DNA from: Dimargaris cristalligena | Lineage: Eukaryota | NCBI GenBank assembly: GCA_003614675.1 | Contig: ML002408.1 | Location: forward strand, 1 to 33,294 | DNA length: 33,294 nucleotides | Direction: 5' to 3' | The notes under the pieces: model-generated | The model's input: only the letters and a program-made list of their open reading frames with translations | What the model was told of the DNA's origin: nothing | Databases searched by the model: none | Made by a program: the position numbers and the translations under genes | In this document: in pieces, positions 24,224 to 33,294 of the stretch | How the letters are laid out: every line of letters begins with the position of its first letter | Numbering within the stretch: the first letter of the stretch is position 1

Positions 24224-27200
24224 ATAGTAGTCTAATAGAGACTGGGCCACTCCCTTGCTACCCAGTCTACTATGCCTAGGCAACTCTCACCACACACCTA
24301 GTCATTGATGAGGTGGTCTAGCATAGCCCACGTCGGCTCTGATCTCTAATTCCCAGTATCCTAGTGATGCGTGTATATGTTTCGCCCTGCCGGTGCTGAA
24401 ATGGTTGGTGGTGGAAGGTGCAGGGTACAACCTAATTAATTAAATGTGGAGTGACTCCACAAGAAGGGAATATGGGGGGAGGGGTGTGTACTACTGACTA
24501 GCATACTGGATTAATAATTATACCATTTTCATCTGAAACTAACCCGCGCTCTGCCTTTGCATTGGCTCCAATGGAATGGTCATCATCCGCACCCCACTGT
24601 TACCCCTCTCACCCTTTCTTCTCTCCCACTCTCTATCACTCTGGCTTATCTCCCGATGGTCCAAACTCAAAAAAGCCAATTATCCCTTTCCAGGTAATTC
24701 ATGATTTCGTGCTTTAGTTGCCTAGTTCAGTGTAGGGCGGGAGTGGCCATGTTGTCGATATTGTTTAGCCTCTCCCATTACTTCAGTCGTTCTCTATAAA
24801 GGACTAGAAGAATATCGGGTAATGGTGCGGGTCATTTACTAGGTGGATATGGTGTTAGTGGCGTTTCACATTTTAAAAGATTACTCACCATACAAGTGCA
24901 GATCAACCGGCGCCCTCCACCGCCTTCTTTAATCCCTCTAGAAGTATGATTGCCTAGACCGGGGTACATATAGAGTAATTTTGACATTTTGGGTCCAGGC
25001 ATGTGTAAAATATCATGACTAGAGTCTTTATCAACTTTCTCCCACCGCCAGTATCACCCTGGCCATGGTGGGCTTTCTAGTTGTTAGACTATCAGTTGGC
25101 ACTGTTAACGGTAGTTAGTCGACCGGTGGATCTTTTCCCTAGACCCCGACTTGCATATTCTACCCAAAACTTAATTCCCATCTTGCCTCAGTGTATCCAG
25201 ACTCTCCGGAGAGTCCCACCACCCTTGCGAAAAATTAGATGCTGAACATGTTATACTGAGAATGCCCAGAAAATAGGAGGCACCCATATCATCCCAAGCC
25301 CATGATGCTGGGTGTCTTCTATTCACCGAGTGGCTTAGTTTAAGGAGGTGTATAGTCAACCATTGGATAGTGGTCATTTTATTTTTGTTCACCGGCTGCT
25401 CTATTTTTGGATAATGATGCCAGCAATTTAGATGGCTAGAGCCGGGGGAATTTTTTCATTAATGTATGTGGAAAGGTAATGAACAGTTTCCCCTCCCCAG
25501 TCCCCTAGGTGCAGGCTCATTGCTATTGCAGTCGGCTTGGTTCACAGAAGGAGAGTAGTGTACAGTCACATTTAACTATGACCCCTTTTTCTTCCGACTC
25601 CCTAGGTGAAACGGGTCCATTCACCTTTGCATCCCTCAGTCTCTTTTCTAATCGATAGAGAACTGATCAAACTTTAGTGTTGGCCACAGCCCCATTCTCT
25701 TGCGGGGGAAGGAGGGTAAGGGAGGGGGGTTTCCGCCCTAAGCCGAAACAAAAGTAAAGTACATTGCGTGGCTGATGAAACCAAAGTAAACAACACCCAC
25801 CTAGTCAGTACGCTTTATTATCTTTATGCATTTATTTATTTATTTACACTACCTTGGCCAACACCAAATACACTTCCTTCACTCAAAGTGTCTAGATGAG
25901 ATTTGAAACGCCCACTGTGGCACACTTCCACAAATCGCGCTGGGTTCACTCAAAAAAACTACTACCTACCTCCGCTTTATTTTTTTCCCTAGGCCAGCTC
26001 ATTGGGTTAACCGATTGGTTGCATTATATGCTAGCTTTGGGGAGGGGGAGAGGGTGTCCTTCTGGTCATAACCGGTTTATTAGCCAGTTGAGTGTATACA
26101 ACACCAGAGGACGAACTGTAGCCCCGCACGCGTAATTCTTCGACTTTGGCAACACTGGGCAAATCGAGGTATATGGGACTTTGCTTTGGGAGCGTAGCGA
26201 GGGGGTGTCCCTTTAGCTCTACAGCGCAGTCCCCCACCCTTCCCCATTGACGCAGAGTGAGGGAGGTATATCGATGCAACTGTTGGTCCTTCGGAAATTC
26301 AAGTAATTGGCTTATAAAAGAGGGTCTGCTTTCCCCAGTAGTGTACCTGGTAGGGGAATGAAGAGGGGGAGCCCACCTGAACAGTTTGAAAGGACTTGTT
26401 TCGTTGGTATATTCACTGTGCTTGAAGCAGTTCAGTAGCAAACTAGACGCGTCGCCCTACTGAACTCTCTCTTCAACAGTTCACCAGTGTTAGGTTGAAT
26501 CGGGTAGTTTCTAGCTGTAACCCAGAGAGTTTATTCGATACCCCATTACCGATGGCTGATAAGGCAATGTTTCATATTTTCATGATTGGTTGGTCACTAT
26601 TTATATAAAAAGCCATTTATTAATTTCCGTTATTGCATAAAAAAATGAATTCCGACAGGGCTAGCTAAGGAGCAACGAGCTATATGGTACCTAGGCTATC
26701 AGATCCGCTCGGCTCGGTTCAGCGTGAGGTTGCAACCTCTCCTTATCGTATAGTGCAATCTGGAACGGGGTGATTAAGTAGGGTCCGGGAGATTCCATGG
26801 GATATTCTTCTAGAGGGTAAACAGGTAGTTAAACTAAACTATACTTCCGCGCTGCTCGCAACACTATGGGCGATTACCACCGGCCTCAATTGGGGAATAT
26901 CCAACATTTATCAATCGCCAATTATTAATAGGGATGTAATTCACGTTTCCGTTTTTTATATCATTTTAGTGAGATAATTTGACCCGACTCATGTGCCACG
27001 AGATTGTTAATATAAAATCGCACCACCATTACCGGTTATTAGCGAGCTTCCAATCTTCACGAAAACCGCGGGAAGACGCCTGTGTGAATATTTACCCTCT
27101 TTTGGAGCGTAAGACGAAACGCGAACCCGGGAATGGTGGCACCAATAAATCAACTTATTTTTTATAGCCTGCTTGAATCACATTAACTAAGCTCAGTTAT

Positions 27201-28657
27201 AAGATAGCCCTGGAGACCCAAATGGTCAGTTCAGGTTGCTGACAAACCATCGGGCAGCATGGCCTGCCATTTAACCACATGCCTTCATGGTACACCGTGA
27301 AGGTTAGAATACAGAATAGTATGGGGCCCACTAGGCATTTCGATAAACGTTCTAGATATAGGCGTGTAGTCCTGCTTCTTTTGATCCAGGCCGAAGCAAT
27401 GGGCCAAATTAGGGAGGACTGTAGGCATTATCCACTTACTTCCCCTTTTTTTCAATAGACACTGAATTGGTGTTGTAAATAGGAAAGGTCCATTGGTGTG
27501 GAAACGAAAGACGGTAGTTTGCATCCAGCATTGAGCGTTCGATAGCAATGCACCGATACCAGTAAACTGTGACACACCATGTATACATGGAACACTCAAA
27601 AATCACCCAGAAACCTCGTTTATTGATGCTGAGAAGTGAAACCTTCTAATTATGCAAATGCGGGGCTTTGGCAGGGGGTGGTGGATCCGGCAGTGAGTTG
27701 ACAGCGGATACTCAGCAATGTAGACAAATATCCGTGAAGTCTTGTCAATTAGGGGGGTGGAGCGGCTTCGCAGTTCCGCATTGAGCCGATTGTAGTGCTG
27801 CTCGACTAATTAGGGCATATACGTGTGGGTAGAGTGCACATCATCCATACTATACATTATAATTAGTTAAGAACACTTATCAGGGTCACTATCCAAGTTG
27901 GAAAGGTGACAGTCGGGCTGTGATTGCTGAAAACAGCTCAATATTTACACAATGTGATATTAAACTAAACCAAGGGGGTTTCTCTCAGTTCACCGCGACA
28001 CTCGGCCAGGTGCAACCTAGCTACTGATTTCATTTTCAACCCTTGGTGCAATTCCAGTGTAGCTGGCTTAAACCTTAGACCAGGGTTGTAAGTGGCCTAT
28101 ATTAGTGGCTACTAATAAAAATGTCGCATTAGGAGGTACCTTCATTGATATTCGGCTTCCTCCCCCCTTTTTTTGGCACCTCTAACTGGTAAGATTGACC
28201 TTCCTGAACGGTAGCATAGTCCGGACAATCGGAGCCTATCCAGTCAATACACCATAGTGCAGCCGCCGCACTTTTACATTGCTCTCGGTTGCTGCTGCAG
28301 TATCTGAGCTCCCCCCTCCATTGTTCCTCCCCCCTCCCCATACTGACTGTGCTGCAATACTCCACGCGACACTCCAGGAAAAGCCTTCCGCACGTTGGGG
28401 AGATTCTCCCCGGTTGCCACATTGCTATTACCAAGTATGGTCTAATAACCCTGGGCCGATCCCTAGACACGTCGGCGGACTACCCTGTTGTGTCATTATG
28501 ACTAGGTGGGGTAATCGACTATCGGAGCCAAGTTGGGTATGGTTACACCCTACTAGCAATACACTCCTTGGCCTGACATTCTAGTCCTTAACTGCCTAAT
28601 TAGCCATTCTCCCGTATTTTGTATTTACCGCCCGCCTTTACGCTTTAGGTGAAATAG

Positions 28658-28698
28658 GGTGGTGGTGGTGCTGGATAATAATAATAATAATAATAATA
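28658..28698. repeat. Compound microsatellite (GGT)4 ... (ATA)8
   Basis: (GGT)4 at 28658-28669 and (ATA)8 at 28675-28698. Confidence 0.9.
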
Positions 28699-31100
28699 AA
28701 AAAGGCTAATTAGCACTAAAATCACGCGAATTGAAGCCGTGGATCCTATATTGGTCGTTGTTCCCAGCGACAGTGGTTGACTATTAGAATATCATTAGTA
28801 TCAGCCCAATTTGGTATGCTACCGAAATTCACTAAAGAATGTGTCACTTTGATTGCACTACTTTTGCGTGCTCCAGAAACGGCAGAGTCATCTGGTACAT
28901 ATTTCCGGCTCCATGTCGAATATCTAAAGTAGGGCAGTTGGGTACTGCTTTTTCGGCTCGACCCCCTTGCTCTAGTGGACGGCGTTCCTCACTTAATATT
29001 CTTACGATTAAAAGGGGTATCCCCCCAGGAAATTATCCAATACAATCCCTCAAAGCTTATTTAGATTGTTCATACAGGGGGCTGCAATAGAGCGGTTTCA
29101 GGAAAGATTCTGCAATGGTAGGCGCCGAGCCACTCGCTGAGGACCGTTGCAGGCCTATATCATCACTTTAGTACCCAGTATAATGCCGGCCATTCCCAAA
29201 GAAAACGCCGATGTAATATAAAATATTCACAGAAATTCGATTTTTATGGAAAAGACCGTGCGTAACTGGGGACTACCATCCGTCGGTTAACCAATAAAAT
29301 GGATCCCATTAGTCCGTGATTGGCTGCAACTTCGGATTCGAAAAGATTATTCGATTGGGTGCCCTCGGGTCGGAGGTATAGGATAGGACAAGTACATAGG
29401 TGCCGCCAATAGATAAGGAGGGGATGGGGGAGGGGCTCGTAATTTAAGCGAGAGGCTCTTTGCACCCCCCCAAAAAAAGGAAATAAAAGAACGAGAGCTA
29501 GCCTGAGTTAGTCGCATTACTTACGTACCCTTTCGGATTTCTCTTACATTTTGCCGCCGATGGGCAACTAGAAGGTATTGGTGCAGCCCATTTCCCATCT
29601 GCCCCTCTGTTCACACAGATGCTTCTCAAAGGGGAAAGCCCTCCGACCTCATATTATTGCTTCCCCTTCTTTCCTTTCTACATGTTATTTTCCCTGACTC
29701 CCTGGCGCCGAGCCACTTGTATCCACTGTAGCCTTACGGTGCACGAATAGGAGCGAATCGGCACCAGATCTATCCTGATATACCCTGGGATTTTTTCAGG
29801 GTCGTTTACCACCAAGGATTGGCTGGACACTATTTTGGTCAGCATTAGATTGGAGGGGGCTCCTCGAGTAACATGGTAGATACTATAATAAAAAGGATAT
29901 CAGGTCATTTTCACGCCGATAAATTTATTGGATCGGTGGGGGCACTTTAACCGTTGGGAAATTGACCCAGCTATGCCTCCTACCGCTCGCTAGCTCGTGA
30001 AAGCTTCCATGGGTCCAACTCAGGCAATGTCCCCTTGGCGTTAATAGCCACTTACCAAGCCTTCCGACCGAGAACTTACTATTGGCTTGTACAATATCTG
30101 CTTTCTAAACTCGACAAATGGTAGTAAGCAATCCAATGGACTTCTAAATACAGAAATATAACGATTCCTTTACAATTACATTCACTTGCTGTACGTTATT
30201 CAAGCCACACCCCTTGGAATATTCTACATGTTAGTGGTACCAGCGCAATACTCAGCCTATTCTACACCTCGGAGACCAATGGGGGCATGGTCTACATCTT
30301 GGATATTGGCCACTGAGTTGGAGGGTTTTCCTATGGATTATAGTGGTCTAACCAGTCACTTAAGGTATTTCAAAAAGAAACCCAGATTACTAAGCGGGCT
30401 AGAAGTATGACGTCGAGTATCAATTCAGATATATGTCAAAAAAACACATGGAAATCACATTATTCTGGCCGAGGATTGCATTTGGTCAACGCACTGATAT
30501 GTCCCAAATTTCACTGATTGTTGGGCAGCAGCATTGTGTGGCATGAACGAGGTATACTGAATTGTATTTTATGGATATAATTTAGCTCATTGGACGTATC
30601 GATTTGGTATCAACAAAGAAGGCGTAGAGTGGTCCCGTTTTATCACAAGTTGTATTTGCTAAAAAAGGGCCACCTTGTATCCAATTCCTGGGCTAATCAA
30701 TGTCGACAGAGATGCAAGTTACAAAGTACGGCTTTATTATCGATTTTATTATGTTAATCAATATTTAGTAATTATCGGCCTAGGCTGTAGTTTGGGGCGA
30801 CATCACCTTGCTTGTACCAGGCTTAGGAATGCGGGGTATGGGTTTGATATCATTTTCGGGATCTTTTGATATTGATATAAAAGGACCCGACCTATAGGTA
30901 GGAGTATGCTCAAGGACATGGATAAAATAGATTTAGGACCACTGACCATGATTGATGATGATAGACATGGGTACAGAAATTGTGGATAGTATGTTTTGAA
31001 GTGCCCTGAAACAACTTGTGAAGGTACTAATTGCTTGATTAAAGAAATATTCATATTTATATTAGATACTTCAATGAATTGGTGATTACTTTCTTTAATA

Positions 31101-31701
31101 TGTAAGATTCCAATTATCAGACCATCCAATCTACCTTAATCCAGCCAGCTTAGATAACCAACCCTGTTAGGCCTTATAGTACCATATTAGCTTTCCCATA
31201 GTTACCCCTGGTGCCATGGGATCATTATTTATCATATAACCTTCCCTCTGGCCAGACTATACCAATTTGCACTAATTACTCCAGTGCTAATCCATTAGAC
31301 TCTTCCAGTTACCATTAGAAGTCTTATAGATACTAGTAACTATCCAGTTAGCCTATTTACTTATTCCCTAGTCTTAGTAGTATTCTCCTTATGGGACCTC
31401 CCTCTAGAGTCATCCTTGTATATATATAACCAGACCCCATTAGAACTGGTTAGATTCCTCAGCTTATTCTTACCCTTAGTTTACTTCCAATAAACTCTAT
31501 ATATACTCATTCCCCTTATATTAACTATTAAGTATGCTAACTGTACATCCCTTTCATATACCTAATACTTAGCCTTTATTAGTTAATACTATGTCTGTAC
31601 CTGATACTAGTAGCCTACTTAGCTGAGTCTATACCCTACCTACTATTAGATACCTATCCTTAGGATTCTTAATGGACTAAGAGTAGTGAACCCAGGTAAT
31701 G
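31101..31701 (+). mobile_element. LTR-like repeat, copy 2 (probable solo LTR, ~600 bp)
   Basis: Starts TGTAAG. TATA run at 31419-31429 then AATAAA at 31489-31494 (U3-R-U5 layout). Collinear with 32171-32778 along its length, with no CpG. The end is degenerate (GGTAATG versus GGCAACA/GGTGACA). Flanks AATA/GATA may be a decayed 4-bp TSD. Confidence 0.8.
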
Positions 31702-32170
31702 GATATTTTCATCACCAATATATCAAGATTTAGAGGGTAGACTAGTAAGATATAAATGCATTTATAGAATATTTAAAAGCTAAGTGAAAATATTCACCTT
31801 GCATCCCCAAGAAATCCATCAATACCAGCTACCTGAATCATCCAGGTATAGTCCTAACTAACATTTGGCCTTTTTGACTTGTGTACTACTGGGGGTATCT
31901 GGCCTGTTACTGGTGGCCTTGTGGATTCACAAGGAGGCAGCAGCCTCCTTATTAGTACAGCCTAAAGTTGCAGTGGCCAGTTCCCTGGTGGTAGAAGATG
32001 GGAGATGTGGTGAACTTACCACATTTTCTACTTACTTTTATTTTTTATCTATTTTTTGCACCTATCAGAACAGTGTCCCTGCCCCTAGTAAGTGAATAAG
32101 CCCCTACCCCTGCCAAATAAAGTCATTTTTATTAGAAAGTTTGAATAAATGATAACCACATGCTCTATTA

Positions 32171-32778
32171 TATAAGGATTTAATCACCAGTAGAAATTAT
32201 TGGCCTTCCTAATCCAACTTAATCCAGTCCTAATGATTGCCCATCCTTATTAGGCCTTATAGTGCCATATTAACCCTCCCATAGTCACCCCTGGTACTAT
32301 GGATCATCATTTATTATATAACCCTACCCATTGTAACCCCAATAGTTTGTACCCCAAATACTCCACTTGCTGATCCAAGTCTCTTCCAGTTCCCATGAGA
32401 GTCTTCCTGATATGAAGCCATCTGGTTGGGCCCTTCACCTATCCATACCTTAGCCTTAGTCATATTCCCCTTGGGACCTCCCTCTAGAGCTGTCCCCATA
32501 TATATAACCAGGCCCTACTGGGACTGGTTCAATTCCTTAGCTTATTCCTACCCCTTAGTTTACCTCAATAAACTCTATATATGCTCACCTCCTTATACTA
32601 ACTAGTAAGTGTGCCTACTACATGTCCCTGGTATTTACCTGCATCTGTCCTTTATTGGTTAGTGCTACACCCCCATCCTAATACTAGTAGCCCACTTGGC
32701 TAAGTCTAAGCCCTGCCTACCATTAGAAGCCTATCCTCAGGACTCTTGAAGGACTAAGAGTAGTTAACCCGGGCAACA
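32171..32778 (+). mobile_element. LTR-like repeat, copy 3 (probable solo LTR, ~608 bp)
   Basis: Starts TATAAG (decayed TGTAAG) and ends GGCAACA. TATATATAA at 32499-32507, AATAAA at 32567-32572. About 84% identical to copy 2 over the last ~93 bp, mostly transitions. No TSD, PBS or PPT seen. Confidence 0.8.
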
Positions 32779-32954
32779 GAAATAGTAATAAATAAGGAAG
32801 AAAGCTGCAAAGAGAAAACAATAACTCTAGTTGAGTTGTTTTATTAAATAGAGGACACACCTATAAGAATGAAGGGGATATAGCCATTATAAAGTGAATA
32901 AAATAGTGCTCACAAGAGCTGAATGAGAATCACAATAGATCATGTGATTCCTAA

Positions 32955-33294
32955 CAAGAGGTTCAGTCAGGCTGTATAATGAAAAATCCATTAGATGAGG
33001 GTAATACTACTGGCTAAAAATGAATTACTCATCCATTTTCTTGTACACTTATCATTTAAATCCCTATACAGCCGGGCCAAATATCACCCATATCAATAAC
33101 ACATTACACAGATAATAGGTATTATGAAAAAGCTGGAGGCATGTATGGCAGGGTGTCCAGATGCCATATTTTATTGGCAAACTAGTAAACATATGGGAGA
33201 AGTTCATCTAAGCTGTATAACAAAAAATCCATTAGATTTGGCCAATATTACTAGTTAAAAATAAAATTTCCATATATTCTCCCATACACATATA
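32955..33294 (+). repeat. Diverged tandem repeat, period ~241 bp (satellite or TE sub-terminal repeat), truncated by the window end
   Basis: GCTGTATAAn(G/A)AAAAATCCATTAGAT occurs twice, with AAAAATCC starting at 32982 and 33223 (offset 241). Similarity continues downstream. Confidence 0.75.

Noticed and set aside
2946-26452. ACGCGT (MCB-like) sites at 2946, 11220, 26128 and 26447
   Set aside because: Not enriched above chance and none lies in the proximal promoter.
795-32161. 14-bp match AATGATAACCACAT (795-808 and 32148-32161)
   Set aside because: AT-rich, does not extend convincingly, and a few 14-mer matches are expected by chance in 33 kb.
254-32499. The many 60-215 aa ORFs in the track other than 12406-13278
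   Set aside because: No recognisable domains, many begin at TTG/GTG, and many are translations of low-complexity DNA. Intron-split genes cannot be fully excluded without RNA-seq or BLASTX.
31101-32778. Single TRIM-like element formed by LTR copies 2 and 3 plus the 470-bp spacer
   Set aside because: No PBS after copy 2, no polypurine tract before copy 3, no matching outer TSD, and the copies differ by indels. Two independent solo LTRs fit better.
1-33294. CRISPR array, rRNA, tRNA, or transposase/RT coding remnants
   Set aside because: No regularly spaced repeat-spacer units, no rRNA or tRNA signatures, and no RT, integrase or transposase motifs in the ORF track.

Overview
Eukaryotic DNA, almost certainly fungal. 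The repeat-rich, CpG-decayed flanks suggest a large TE-rich genome; the lineage cannot be established from this window. I can support only one protein-coding gene: an intronless 290-aa Nrg1-family two-finger C2H2 transcription factor (12406-13278, minus strand), with a recognisable TATA/CCAAT core promoter, an ATG-free pyrimidine-rich leader and a likely polyA signal. It lies inside a ~29 kb CpG-retaining, nearly repeat-free non-coding island (~1650-30800). Both flanks are strongly CpG-depleted and contain three diverged copies of one LTR-like repeat, a possible nested LTR end and a ~241-bp tandem repeat. The most notable observations are: (1) the very large protected domain around a single small regulator; (2) the mutational signature of the flanks, where every surviving CpG is in CCG/CGG context and some ancestral CpG sites read TA; (3) an inverted fragment of the flank repeat inside the island that retains CpGs lost in the flank; (4) an Nrg1-type binding site between the gene's own TATA and CCAAT boxes. 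No RNA genes, CRISPR arrays or prokaryotic systems are supported. All alignments and counts were done by eye.
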